From an uncultured Planctomycetaceae bacterium (GTDB taxonomy: Bacteria; Planctomycetota; Planctomycetia; Pirellulales; PALSA-1355), in assembly GCA_963785305.1 (NCBI GenBank), contig CAWAUV010000008.1, positions 1,376,001 through 1,440,000 of the forward strand: a DNA stretch of 64,000 bases, read 5' to 3'. The position numbers were made by a program, and so were the translations under genes. The notes below the pieces were generated by a model, which was not told the DNA's origin, ran no database searches, and worked only from the letters and a program-made list of their open reading frames with translations. This document shows, piece by piece, positions 1 to 10,380 of this stretch; position 1 is the stretch's first letter; each line of letters starts with the position of its first letter.

Positions 1-164
1 GAGGGCGCCGCGCCCGCCGGACCCGAAGCGGCGCAAGTGCGCCGCTGGCAAGCGCCGCTCCGCTCGAACCAAGCGCCGGGCATCGGCGCCGGAGAGCTAT
101 CGCTGCCGCGAGTCGAGTGAGCAACGCGCGGCGGGGTATTCCCAGGCAATCATTCGTCGGGCAA

Positions 165-656
165 TCAGTCGTCGCTCGCGAGGTCGGCTTCGGTGATCAT
201 GGTGAACCCCTTGGCGGCCAGGGTTTCCATGCCCATCTCGATATTGTCGACCATGAGGGCCACTGCGGGGCGACCATGCGGCCGCACCAAGAGCGGGTAG
301 GCCTGAATGATATTCACCTCGGCCTGAAGCAGCGCGGTGCAGACTTGCAAAAGCGGCTGATTGCCCGAGGGCAGTTCGACCCCGATCAGATCGCTCTCGA
401 TGAGGGCGAGCCCGGCCCGCTCCAAAATCTCGCGGCCCTGCTCGGGCTGGCTGAGCAAGAATCGCACAAAGGCGCATTCGGCCGAATCATTGATCGAGAG
501 GGCGACGATCCGCACACGGCTGTTCTCGAAGCGGCGTACGACTTCGAGCAATTGGCCAACGCGATTTTCGAGAAACACGGTGAATTGACGGATCGAGGGG
601 TAATTTCGCCCCCGCATGGTCGAATAGCCGGTTCCGGTTCCTTCGCCGATACTCAT
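165..656 (-). CDS. Tandem ACT-domain protein
   Basis: RQFTVFLENRVGQL and a second ACT-like segment (LLQAEVNIIQAY); start placed at MSIGEG inside ORF 165..698. Confidence 0.8.
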   Translation of the reverse strand: MSIGEGTGTGYSTMRGRNYPSIRQFTVFLENRVGQLLEVVRRFENSRVRIVALSINDSAECAFVRFLLSQPEQGREILERAGLALIESDLIGVELPSGNQPLLQVCTALLQAEVNIIQAYPLLVRPHGRPAVALMVDNIEMGMETLAAKGFTMITEADLASDD

Positions 657-887
657 CGTGAGTCGCTCGATCCCTCGGACCGGTTTCGTCGGCCGCACGG
701 CATCGTCGCCGCCCTATGCACGAGGCGATCGGCAAGGGATCACGTTCGCGGTCCCCCGCCACCGAAGGGCATGATTCGACGAGCGATTCCCTTTATAGAA
801 AAACCAGCGGCCGCCGTCAAATGCCGCGAACAACGCCCCGACGGCCGGCCGGCGTGGTCGGCCGGCTGTCGGGCGATTGCGGTTTGC

Positions 888-1499
888 CTAGCTGAGCCGG
901 TGCGGTTTGCGGATGGCCAGCGAGAGCATGATCCAGGTCCAGCCGTTGAACAGCATTTCCAGGCCGACCAAAAGGCCGATGACCCAGGGGTAATCCTCGC
1001 GGAAATGGCGATAGATAATCACGCCCACGAGCAGAGTCACGACTCCGCTGAGCAGCACCCAACCCCATTGCGGAGTGCGGCTGGAAAGCGACGCCGCAAT
1101 GCGGAAGGCGCCGAGCACGATGAACAGCGAGGCCAGCACCAGCGTGAGCACTTCGAGCGACTGGCCCGGATCGTCGGTAATGGCGTAACCGGCCACGAGA
1201 TAGAGGAGCCCGACCAGCAGATTCAGCAAAAAGCCGCTCCATTTTCCGGCCCAAAACGCCGCGACGATGATCGCCACTCCGGCAATCATGAGCGTGATGC
1301 CGAGCAGGAGCACGATCGTCACGCTGGTGATGACGGTGGCCGCCGGCACGACGATCGCCGTCGTGCCGCCGAGCACAAGCAGAATACCGAGCACAAGCAA
1401 CCACCACCAGTGATTGCGCAAGTGTTCGAGCTCATGCCGCGGCGAGGCCGAGGCAAGCGGGTTCGGTGTCGACACATTCGGAGGCAGATCGGTGCTCAT
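888..1499 (-). CDS. HdeD/DUF308 family membrane protein
   Basis: WWWLLVLGILLVLGG start, about six hydrophobic helices, WVIGLLVGLEMLFNGW C-terminal motif. Confidence 0.85.
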   Translation of the reverse strand: MSTDLPPNVSTPNPLASASPRHELEHLRNHWWWLLVLGILLVLGGTTAIVVPAATVITSVTIVLLLGITLMIAGVAIIVAAFWAGKWSGFLLNLLVGLLYLVAGYAITDDPGQSLEVLTLVLASLFIVLGAFRIAASLSSRTPQWGWVLLSGVVTLLVGVIIYRHFREDYPWVIGLLVGLEMLFNGWTWIMLSLAIRKPHRLS

Positions 1500-1816
1500 G
1501 TTTTTTCCTTCGCGGCGAGAGTCGATGGTTTGGGGTTATATCACGCGACGCTAGGTTCGCTCGCGTCGAGACGCTCATCAGCCTGTTGGCCAAGCGCCGA
1601 GCAAAGCTCGTGGCGGCTCGGTCAAGGCCCGCTTCGCGGCGGGGGCCCGTTTTCGGTTCTTCCCCCATGCTCCGCATAGCACTGGAAGCTTAAGTCACGC
1701 CGGCGAGCGATCGGCCCCGGGGTCAGGGGAAAAGTCGCCGATCGCCGCGGCCACCGCGCCGGAGTCGGCGGCCTCGCGACGATTCTAACGATTGCGCCGA
1801 GAGCCGGGGCGCGAAT

Positions 1817-2637
1817 TCAATCCCGGTCGCCTTTCGCCGTTTCCGCCTTCGAGTGAGGCGCGAGGGCCGCCAACATCGCCGGATGCAGCAGGCGGTTCGT
1901 GGCCAGCAGGCTGGTTTTGGCCAGCGGCAGCGGTTCGCCGAGGCAAGTCGTGACTTGGCCGCCGGCTTCCTCGACGAAGATGCGTCCGGCGGCGAAATCC
2001 CAGGGCGCCAATTGAAACTCGAAAAACGCTCCGAAACGTCCGAGCCCCACGCCGCACAGATCGAGCGTCGCCGCGCCGAAACGGCGAACGCCATGAATCC
2101 GCGCATGAAACAGATCGCGAATCGCAAGCAGCGTGGTTTCCATCATCGCGCCGCGATCGTAGTAAAAGCCGACCGCGATCATCGTCTGGTCGAGTCGGGC
2201 TTGGGAGTTTACATGCGCCGGGCGCCGTTGACTCGCGCGCCTTGGCCCACGACCGCCGTGTAGAGGTCGCCCGCGAACGGATCGAAAATCACGCCCAGCA
2301 CCGGCGCGCCGCGATGATAATAGGCCACCGACACGGCGAACTGTTTGATGCCATGCAGGAAGTTGTTGGTCCCATCGAGCGGATCGACCACCCACAGATG
2401 CTCGGCCGCGAGGTCGCCGGCATGGCTCTCCTCGCCCAGAATCGAATGCGCGGGAAACGCGGCCTGGATCACGCCGGCGATGGCTTGTTCGGATTCCAGG
2501 TCGGCGACGCTCACCAGATTGTGCGACTGTTCGTGCTGCCCGATGGCGAGGTTCGAGCCGAAGTAGCGCGCCAGCACCGCGCCGCCCGCGCGAGCGGCGG
2601 CTTCCGCGACTTGGAGCGTTCGAGGCGAATCGATCAT
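1817..2637 (-). CDS. suhB: Inositol monophosphatase family protein (frameshift near 2212)
   Basis: SILGEE and WVVDPLDGTNNF in ORF 2209..2697; RRFGAATLDL and PWDFAAG in ORF 1817..2395. Confidence 0.85.
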
Positions 2638-2776
2638 CGGCACGCCTTGTTGTTCGTGGGGCGCCTCGGAGATGTCTGGCAAGCCCGCCGTATCCATGCG
2701 GCGGCTCGGCCTGTTGAATAGTTCAACAGGTCGCTAGTGCATTGTCACAATTGAAATGACGGGTTGGATTGGTTCG

Positions 2777-2864
2777 GTGGCGCCATGCCCACGGCCCTGC
2801 GTGGGCATGAGGACTCCGCGTGGCGCTCGAAAACATGCCCACGCTGGGCGTGGGCATGGCACAC
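2777..2864. repeat. Inverted doublet of REP-like palindromes (REPIN-like)
   Basis: GCCATGCCCACG-gccctg-CGTGGGCATG followed by CATGCCCACG-ctggg-CGTGGGCATGGCAC in the opposite orientation; intergenic, downstream of dnaB. Confidence 0.75.
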
Positions 2865-2897
2865 GGGGTTACCTATCATTTCAGCCGTGACAAAGCA

Positions 2898-4331
2898 CTA
2901 GAACGATTCGCTATTGTAGCTCTCGAACTCGTCGTAGGGACGCTGCGTGGCGTTGGTGAAGCGGGTGAAGTCTTTCTTCCACTGGAGCTTCACATCGCCG
3001 ATCGGGCCGTTGCGCTGCTTGGCCACGATGATCTCGGCCTGACCGGACAGCCGCTCCCGGTCTTCGTCGTTCGTTTGATAATACTCCTCGCGATGCACGA
3101 ACATCACCACATCGGCGTCTTGCTCGATGGCGCCGCTCTCGCGCAGGTGGCTCAGTCGCGGGCGGTTTTCTTTCGAGACTTCCGCCTGCCGATTGAGCTG
3201 CGCCAGGCACAGCACCGGCACACTCATCTCACGCGCCAGGCCCTTGAGCCGGCGGGCGATTCGGGCCACCTGTTCTTGTCGCGAATCTTTTGAATTGTCG
3301 GGCTCGATCAGTTGCAAGTAGTCGATCACGATCAGCCCGAGGCCGTTCTTGCGCTTCAGCCGGCGAGCGGCGGCGGCGATTTCGGTCATGGTGCGGCTCG
3401 GCGAATCGTCGACAAACAGCGGCGCTTGATTCAGCTCCACGGCCTTCTCCACGATCCGGCGGCGGTCGTCGTTCGAGATCGTGCCGTTGCGCAGCCGCTT
3501 GCCGTTGACCTCGGCCAGCGAGCAGAGCATGCGGTCGGCCAACTCGATCGACGACATTTCCAAGCTGACGAACAGGGTGCCCACCTGTTTTTGCATCGAG
3601 ACATGCTCGGCGATATTGAGCGCCAGCGCGGTTTTGCCCATGCTCGGCCGAGCCGCCAGAATAATGAGCTCCGAATTGTGCAGTCCGCCGGTGAGCTGGT
3701 CGAAATCGGTCAGGCCGGTTTCGATGCCGCCGATCGCGTGTTCCTGCTTCATGCGCGCGTCGATGCGGTCCATCGCCGCGTGCAGAATATCGGAGATCGA
3801 GGCTACGCGGCTATTGGTCTGACTGTCGAGAATCGCGAAGATCTTTTGCTCGGCCCGGGCGAGCATTTCGCGCGGGTCGCTGGTGTCGTCGTAGGCGTCG
3901 TGCAGAATCTCGGTGCTGGTGTGAATCAGATTGCGCAGCGTGGCCTTTTCACGCACGATCTTCGCGTAGTAGGCCGCGTGGGCCGCCGTTGGCACCGATT
4001 CCATCAGGTCGGCGATCGCCGCGATGCCGCCCACGAGCTCGAGCTCGCCGGCCGACTTGAGTCGCTCGACCAGCAGGGTCGAGTCGATGCGACCGCCCTC
4101 CTCGTGCATGTGCAAGAGATGCCCGAAGAGCTTTTGATGGGCGATGTCGTAGAAATCGTCGGCCCGGGTAATGAGCGCCACATCGTCGCACACTTCGGGC
4201 AGGAGCAAAATGCTGCCCAGCACTCCGCGCTCGGCCTCGAGACTGCGCGGCGGCTGGCGATCGAAGATCGCGGCCGTGAGGGCCTCGCGCGTCGAGGCGT
4301 GTGGAGAATCGAAATGCTTCGCAGCAGCCAT
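2898..4331 (-). CDS. dnaB: Replicative DNA helicase
   Basis: PPRSLEAERGVLGSILL, AARPSMGKT, IVIDYLQLI, LRESGAIEQDADVV, IIVAKQRNGP; start uncertain (4331 or 4337); no intein. Confidence 0.97.
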   Translation of the reverse strand: MAAAKHFDSPHASTREALTAAIFDRQPPRSLEAERGVLGSILLLPEVCDDVALITRADDFYDIAHQKLFGHLLHMHEEGGRIDSTLLVERLKSAGELELVGGIAAIADLMESVPTAAHAAYYAKIVREKATLRNLIHTSTEILHDAYDDTSDPREMLARAEQKIFAILDSQTNSRVASISDILHAAMDRIDARMKQEHAIGGIETGLTDFDQLTGGLHNSELIILAARPSMGKTALALNIAEHVSMQKQVGTLFVSLEMSSIELADRMLCSLAEVNGKRLRNGTISNDDRRRIVEKAVELNQAPLFVDDSPSRTMTEIAAAARRLKRKNGLGLIVIDYLQLIEPDNSKDSRQEQVARIARRLKGLAREMSVPVLCLAQLNRQAEVSKENRPRLSHLRESGAIEQDADVVMFVHREEYYQTNDEDRERLSGQAEIIVAKQRNGPIGDVKLQWKKDFTRFTNATQRPYDEFESYNSESF

Positions 4332-4558
4332 GCCCATCCTTGAAGCGTTCGAGGATCGAAGTTCGTGGAAACCGATGCCCGGAGCGGCGCCGGCTCGCGA
4401 ACCGGCGCGAGCGCTCGCCGCGATCGGCGAAGACACGCCGCCCGGCGAAAGCGGAATCAACCTTGCCGGCGCGCGGCCGCGGCGCCAAAGCCGAGAATCT
4501 TGCCGATGATCTCGTAAAAAAAGCGCAAGCTCGACGTTCGAGCGTCGCGCGCGGATAA

Positions 4559-4637
4559 AAGTCTATCCGAGCAATTCCGCGCGCCCTCATCCCACGCTTT
4601 CCCCAACGGGGAGAGGGGGGAGTCGTCGGATAGGCTC
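4559..4637. mobile_element. MITE-like element, copy 1
   Basis: Imperfect terminal inverted repeats AAGTCTATCCGA / TCGGATAGGCTC, internal CCCTC...GGGGAGAGGG hairpin, flanked by TAA and TTA; similar to 47828..47905. Confidence 0.65.
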
Positions 4638-5258
4638 TTACTTGGTCTCGGGCTTCGCCGACTTATCCGCCTTGGTGGTGGCTTTGTCGGACTTGGCCGC
4701 GTTGGCGGCCTTGGCCGGCTCGGAGCGCGGGGCCGGCTCGTCGCCCACGGTCGGCACGATCCACACCTTGAGCTCGGCTTCGATATCGTGTCCCAGGTGA
4801 ACGCCCACGGTGTAGAGGCCAAGCTCCTTGAGCGGCCCCTTGAGGCGAATCTGATCGGCCGTGACCGTGATCTCGTTTTTCTTGAGCGCGGCCACGATCT
4901 CCACGGCTCCGACCGAACCATACAGATGGCCTTCGTCGTTGGCGTTGGCCTCGATCGTGACGCTTTGCTTGCCGATCTGTTCGGCCAGCGAGCGAAGGCC
5001 GGCCATGCGGGCATTTTGGATTTCTTGCAGACGAGTCCGATGCTTCTCGACCATGCGCTTGTGATGGTCGGTGGCAATCGTGGCCAGGCCCTGGGGCAAG
5101 AGGAAGTTCATCGCATAGCCGCGTTTCACTTCCACGACATCACCCTGGGCGCCGACATGGTCCACCGATTGGATCAGCAGCAACTCGACGCCGCGATGCT
5201 TGCCGCGCGGAAGCCGTTTGCCGGGTCGATGCGTGTGTTTCGAGGAAGTCGTGCCCAT
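4638..5258 (-). CDS. rplI: 50S ribosomal protein L9 with N- and C-terminal extensions
   Basis: GDVVEVKRGYAMNFLLPQGLA, GHLYGSVG, PLKELGLY; Ala/Lys-rich tail. Confidence 0.96.
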   Translation of the reverse strand: MGTTSSKHTHRPGKRLPRGKHRGVELLLIQSVDHVGAQGDVVEVKRGYAMNFLLPQGLATIATDHHKRMVEKHRTRLQEIQNARMAGLRSLAEQIGKQSVTIEANANDEGHLYGSVGAVEIVAALKKNEITVTADQIRLKGPLKELGLYTVGVHLGHDIEAELKVWIVPTVGDEPAPRSEPAKAANAAKSDKATTKADKSAKPETK

Positions 5259-5353
5259 GGTTCGTCTCGCTATAGAGTGGTTCAGGTTATTGAAATGTGG
5301 GTGATGTTCTTGGGGGTTCGATCTCGACGACCGTCGCCGGGTCGCGAGACGAG

Positions 5354-5896
5354 TCAAAACGGAATATCGTCGCCCCCGCCAGCGCCGCCCCGCGGGGGAG
5401 CGTCGTAGTCGCCGCGGGAGGGCGCTTCATGGGAACCTTCGGCCACGGGGGGCCGCGAGCGCTGATTCGCGGGGCGCGACTGATTGTAGCCGCCGCGTCC
5501 GCCGGCTTCGCGCCCTCCGCCTTCGGCGCCAGCGCGTCCGCCGCCCGCTTCGCCGCCGCTGGCTCCGCCGCGTCCGCCGAGCATTTGCATTTTCTCGCCG
5601 ACCACGCGCAGTTTTGAGTTTTTCTTGCCGTCTTTCTCCCAGGTGTCGAGCTTCAGGCGTCCCTCGATCAACACGCTCGAACCCTTGGAAAGGTATTCGC
5701 TGGCCACTTCGGCCGTGCGCTCCCAGAGCGTGACATCGACGAATGTGGTGTCTTCGACCCAGTCGCCATTGGGACCTTTGCGGCGATCGTTGATCGCGAG
5801 CCCGAGCTCGGTCACCGCGGCGCCGCTCGGAGTGTAGCGCAGCTCGGGATCACGGGTGAGGTTTCCCACCAGCACAACGCGGTTGTAGCTCGCCAT
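5354..5896 (-). CDS. ssb: Single-stranded DNA-binding protein
   Basis: [21 protein letters not shown]; Gly-rich linker; C-terminal DDIPF. Confidence 0.98.
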   Translation of the reverse strand: MASYNRVVLVGNLTRDPELRYTPSGAAVTELGLAINDRRKGPNGDWVEDTTFVDVTLWERTAEVASEYLSKGSSVLIEGRLKLDTWEKDGKKNSKLRVVGEKMQMLGGRGGASGGEAGGGRAGAEGGGREAGGRGGYNQSRPANQRSRPPVAEGSHEAPSRGDYDAPPRGGAGGGDDIPF

Positions 5897-5950
5897 GATC
5901 GCACCTCGGAAAAACGCCCCGAAACGAACTCTCGTTGCCTCGATCGCCGC

Positions 5951-6364
5951 TTACAAGTCGGCGATCGCGTCGACTGCGCCTTCGATTCCGGCAATGGCAG
6001 GCGCCACTTCGGCCGGAGCGCGGCGAACGGTCGTGCCCGAAAGCGCGTGACTGACGAGCGATTCCGAGATGCGCGGATCGACCTTCAAGAACAAGGTGCG
6101 AAGGATGACTTCATGAATCTCGCACTGCCGATTCAGTTCCGCGAGCTTGAGCGGGTCGAGCCGGAAGTAGGTCAGCCAGTAGGCGCCCTTGCGATGGCCA
6201 TCGATCGGATACGCCAAGCGGCGTTCTTCCCACAGCCGATTGGCGAGCATGTGGCCGCCGCATTTTTCGATGAGTTCGGCAATCATTCCGGCCATGTTGC
6301 TCGCCTCGCGGGCATAGCGATTCGAATCCAAAATGAACATGCCTTCGTAGACATTCTCGGCCAC
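5951..6364 (-). CDS. rpsF: 30S ribosomal protein S6
   Basis: YEGMFILD, WEERRLAYPI, GAYWLTYF; GTG start inferred. Confidence 0.95.
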   Translation of the reverse strand: MAENVYEGMFILDSNRYAREASNMAGMIAELIEKCGGHMLANRLWEERRLAYPIDGHRKGAYWLTYFRLDPLKLAELNRQCEIHEVILRTLFLKVDPRISESLVSHALSGTTVRRAPAEVAPAIAGIEGAVDAIADL

Positions 6365-6435
6365 GACGTTGCTCCTCGGTTTTGCAAAAAATGAATTTCG
6401 ATGTTCGTTGTTTTTAGGCCGCCCAGCGCGGTTTT

Positions 6436-7065
6436 CTACGATGGATTCGCGTTGAAGCGGTTCATCGCGGCGGCAATTCCTTCTCGGGCCCACAGGTCGA
6501 TCGCGTCGATGGCCCGATCCAGGGCGATCGCCACTTCGACCTGTTCCTCGCTTTTAAAGGTTCCCAGCACCCAGTCGATCGCGTCTCGCCCGGCGGGCGG
6601 GGCGCCCACTCCGATTCGCAGTCGCGGCACATCCAGCGAGCCGAGGCGTCGCAGGATATCATGCAGTCCTTTTTGTCCGCCGGCCGACCCGGTGGAGCGC
6701 AACCGCAACTTGCCGAGGGGCAGATTGAGATCGTCGCACACGACGAGCAGGTTGGCATTGTCTATCTTATAAAAATCCCGCGCTGCCAGCACACTCGTTC
6801 CGCTCAGATTCATGTAGGTCCCGGGCCAAACGAGCAGGCCCTTCGCGTCGCCCTGGCCGGCGGCGCCCCAGGCGATTTCAAGCACCTCGGCTTGAAAGTC
6901 GTTTCTTCGTCGCGCGGCGAGTCGCGGATCGGCGGCTCGCCGGCTGGTGTTTCCCGAACCCTGGCCATGTCGCTGGGCAAGAGCGTCAAGCGCCATGAAG
7001 CCGATGTTGTGTCGCGTGGAGTGGTATTTTCGGCCTGGATTTCCCAATCCCACTACGAGTTTCAC
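6436..7065 (-). CDS. pth: Peptidyl-tRNA hydrolase
   Basis: KLVVGLGNPG, TRHNIGF, TYMNLSG, VCDDLNLPLG, RLRIGVG; Arg-rich insertion after the first helix. Confidence 0.97.
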   Translation of the reverse strand: MKLVVGLGNPGRKYHSTRHNIGFMALDALAQRHGQGSGNTSRRAADPRLAARRRNDFQAEVLEIAWGAAGQGDAKGLLVWPGTYMNLSGTSVLAARDFYKIDNANLLVVCDDLNLPLGKLRLRSTGSAGGQKGLHDILRRLGSLDVPRLRIGVGAPPAGRDAIDWVLGTFKSEEQVEVAIALDRAIDAIDLWAREGIAAAMNRFNANPS

Positions 7066-7105
7066 GACCCACTACCAGTTTCACGGCCCACGACCAGTTT
7101 CATGG
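7049..7105. repeat. Three 19-bp tandem repeats of the pth translation start
   Basis: cccactacgagtttcacga / cccactaccagtttcacgg / cccacgaccagtttcatgg. Confidence 0.9.
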
Positions 7106-7181
7106 CGATCCAAGCATGTGTTGTCGTTCCGAGTAGCGACGGGGAATCGACTTCCCTGGGTCGCCAGCGGCGGCGAGGCTC

Positions 7182-7803
7182 TTATTCGTCTTCCGACTCC
7201 TCGGCCTTGCGACCGATGACCTCCGGCTCGGCGCCGGCTTCGGATTCCGTCTCTTCGTCGGCTTCGGTCGGCACCACGCAGTGAACCACAACCGCGTCGG
7301 CGTCGGTGAGCAGCGTGGCGCCTTCGGGTAATTGCACTTGAGCCGCGGTGAGCGAGTCGCCCACATTGAGCGAATTGACCAGCAAAAACAGCTTTTCGGG
7401 AATCGAGAGCGCCTCGCACTCGATCTCGACTTCGTGAATCGTTTGCTCGACCACGCCGCCGTTTTTCAGGCCCGGCGCCTCGCCGCGGAGCGCCACCTTG
7501 ACCTCGACCTGAATCCGCTCATGCTCCGAAACGCGGGTGAAGTCGACATGCAGCACATCGATCCCGTAGACATCCCACTGCATATCGCGGATGAAGGCTT
7601 TTTCATTGGCCGCGCCGCGGAGCTCGACGACTGCGCGCCCCGTGGCGAATCGCATTGGAGAGTTGATCGGCGCATAGGCTCAGCGAGACCGATCCCTCGC
7701 CGTGGCCATAAAGAATCGCCGGCACGCTACCGGCGCGGCGCAGCCGCTTGGCCACCCGCTTGCCATTTGCTTCACGCGGCTCGACATTGAGAACCTCCGC
7801 CAT
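7182..7803 (-). CDS. rplY: 50S ribosomal protein L25/CTC (frameshift near 7640)
   Basis: KRLRRAGSVPAILYGHG in one frame; MQWD, VLHVDFTRV, GEAPGLKNGG and EPEVIGRK in ORF 7182..7655. Confidence 0.93.
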
Positions 7804-8122
7804 GACGACACGCCCCCTTCGCACCAATAACAAATCGTGAATTCGTGTCCCGTGTGGGATCGCTCGGCCGGCGGACATGCGCCGCCGCAGCGATCCTTGT
7901 TTGCGGTCCATCGAAAGACCTACCGCCGGCGCAGGCAATCTGGCGATCGCCGCGCCCTTGCGGGAAACGAGCCATTGTGTCGTATTCCGCGAACAATTCA
8001 AGCCCAGCGCCGCGACTTCGCCTCGCCGGGCTTGAATCATGAACCTCGCGATGCCGAAAGACGCCTGGCGGCATGCGTTGTAAGGGACTCACCTGTAGGC
8101 AGTTAGGGTGAAAGGCGCCGCG

Positions 8123-10174
8123 TCAGCGCACCGCGGTCGCTTGAGACGCGGCGGCTTGCAGTCGTCCCACCACGTCAAGATGTTCGATCACGCACGCCAG
8201 TCGGATGTCGGCTGGCTGGGCAAATTCGCCCTCGAGAATCACGGCCCCGCCCGGACAGACGCTACGGCCCAGCGAGGCCAGATCGATCCATTCGGCGATG
8301 CGCCAAGTGGGCATTCCAGCGGCGTCGCGCCGCGTGATTGCGATCGCCAGTTGGTCGCGCTCGGCCGAGCGGCCCGCATAGCTGCCCGAGAGATAGAGGC
8401 GAAAACGCCGGGCGCCGAAGGGCGGCTCGCTTTTCGACACGCTTTTCGGGGCGCTCGACGGGCGCTCGACGGCAGCGCGCCACTTCCGGTTTCGCCGGGA
8501 GCGGCGGGGGCATCGCGTTCGCTGGAACCGCTCTTCAGTTCAGGCGGCGCTACCTCGCCGAGCACCACATAGGCCCAGTCCAGGTTCGGCCATAGGTCGT
8601 TCATGACAAAGGTCGGCGCCGGAATCGAATCGGGCGTGAAGCGCCGCGTGAGCCAGTCGGGCGTCGGCTCGCCGATGACGGTGTAGGTCAAGCGCCCTAG
8701 TGTCTTGGAAAAATGGCCGCCGGCTCGATCGGGCCCGCCGCACATCCAGGGATGCGACTGCGCCGACCAGATCGTCGCTCCGGCCGGCGCGATGTCGAAC
8801 AGCCCATCATGGCAGGCGGCTTCCACCAGCGCCATGGCCTTGGTCGTGGGGTCGGCGTTCATTCGCGCGGCGACGGTCGTGTTGGTGTCGTAGGTGAGCA
8901 TCGCCAAAAGTCCGTTGAACACGACGATGACGCCGGAGAGCGCCGGCCAAGCCCGCGGCGCGCGGCGCCAAGCGAGCAAGACCCCGGCCACGATCAACAT
9001 CGCCATGCCGAAGTATTGCAGGAACACCGGCAAGTAGCCGAGCCCGAGCCCGATGACTTCTTGATACTTGGGCGAGAGGGCGATCATGGCGCCGGGCAGA
9101 ATCCAGATCACGCTCCCAACGATCGCGAGCATGGCCAGCGATGGTCGCCGCCTGGCAGCGGCGGGATCGTCGGGGGCGAGGCTCATCAAACGCGTGAATT
9201 GGCGAAGATATAGCCACGAAAGCGATGCGGCGGCGGCGAGCATCGCCCAGTTTTGCCAGGAGCCCACGAGCCGCCGCTCCCACATATTGTCGACCCGATG
9301 CGAGCTGAGCAGCGAATAGCTGGCCGGCAAAGCCGACGATGCTTGCAACAAGGTGGCGCTCGAGACCGTCGGAGAGATCATAGTTCGGCAAATAGGCCGA
9401 GCCCTCCTGCCAAACCGACTGATAACGGACACCGAGCGTGAACGACAAGAGCGTGATAATCAGCGCGAAATGCGGCTGGCAAGGCGCGAGCCCTCGCCGC
9501 CAACCGCCGCGATGGGCGCGGCTCATCGCCCAAAAAACCGGCGCGATCATAAAGGCGACTTCATAGGTGAGCAGCGCTCCGGCAAAGGCCAAGACGCTCA
9601 GCGCGAGCCAGCCCAGCCGACGCGAGCCGAGATAGTATTCGAAGGCCAGCATCGCCGAAAGAATCTCGCCGACGAGCGTGGGCATCAGACCGGCGAATTC
9701 GAGAATCGGGTCGTGGAACATGCGAAGCTGAAACAGCAGCGTCAGAAACAAAGTTGCCAGACTCGCGATCGGCGGCTCCAAACGCCAGGCGCGCAGCAAG
9801 CGATAAAACAGCGCCAAATCCATCAGCAGCAGCGCGAACACCAGCGTGTGAAAAGCGGCGGCGCTCTTGGCCAAGCAATGCACGCCATAGCTCAGCGCCA
9901 GCGCAATCGGATAAACACGGCCCGTGCAAAGATAGCCATGAATCTCTTGCGTCAGGAATTCCCAGAGGGTGATGCCCCGTAGCATGAGATAGCCGGGCGC
10001 GTTGGCGTTGAGCAGATCGTCGCCGCCATAGCCTTCGATGAATTGCGGCGAGAGAAATATCGCCGCGAATACGAGCCCGCCGAGGATCCCCACATGTCGC
10101 TCGGCCCAGGCGACCAGCACCCGCGCTTGTCGTCGGCGCCGATCGAGCACGTTCGCTAGCAAGGCTGGCGGCAT
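8123..10174 (-). CDS. Large polytopic membrane protein, possibly GT-C glycosyltransferase-like (frameshifts near 9370 and 8450)
   Basis: GGDD after the first TM helix, GRVYP, LLTYE and many hydrophobic segments across ORFs 8807..11842 (3' part), 8239..9432 and 8123..8440. Confidence 0.55.
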
Positions 10175-10256
10175 AAGGGTTTCGTCGCTGGCTGGCGGGG
10201 TTGGCTGGGCAGAAGCGCGGTTCGAGCCGGGATTCCGCGTCGCCTGGGGGGGCGGG

Positions 10257-10265
10257 ATCATAGCA
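10257..10265 (-). promoter_or_regulatory. Putative extended -10 element (TGCTATGAT)
   Basis: About 80 bp upstream of the ATG at 10174. Confidence 0.4.
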
Positions 10266-10380
10266 AGGGCCGCCAAATCGCGACAAGCTCGAAATTCCTC
10301 GGGAAATAGCCAACAACGGCCAACAACGGCCAATCGTGCGCCAAATCCCTCGCCGCGCGAACTCAGGCGCCCCCCAAACG

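Noticed and set aside
117..1679. Long antisense ORFs (also 3312..4343, 11914..13455, 39571..42192, 41945..43993, 49083..50495)
   Set aside because: Shadow frames of real genes in GC-rich DNA, with no recognisable motifs.
7182..7803. Programmed frameshifting in rplY or other split genes
   Set aside because: No consistent slippery motif, and far too many unrelated genes are affected.
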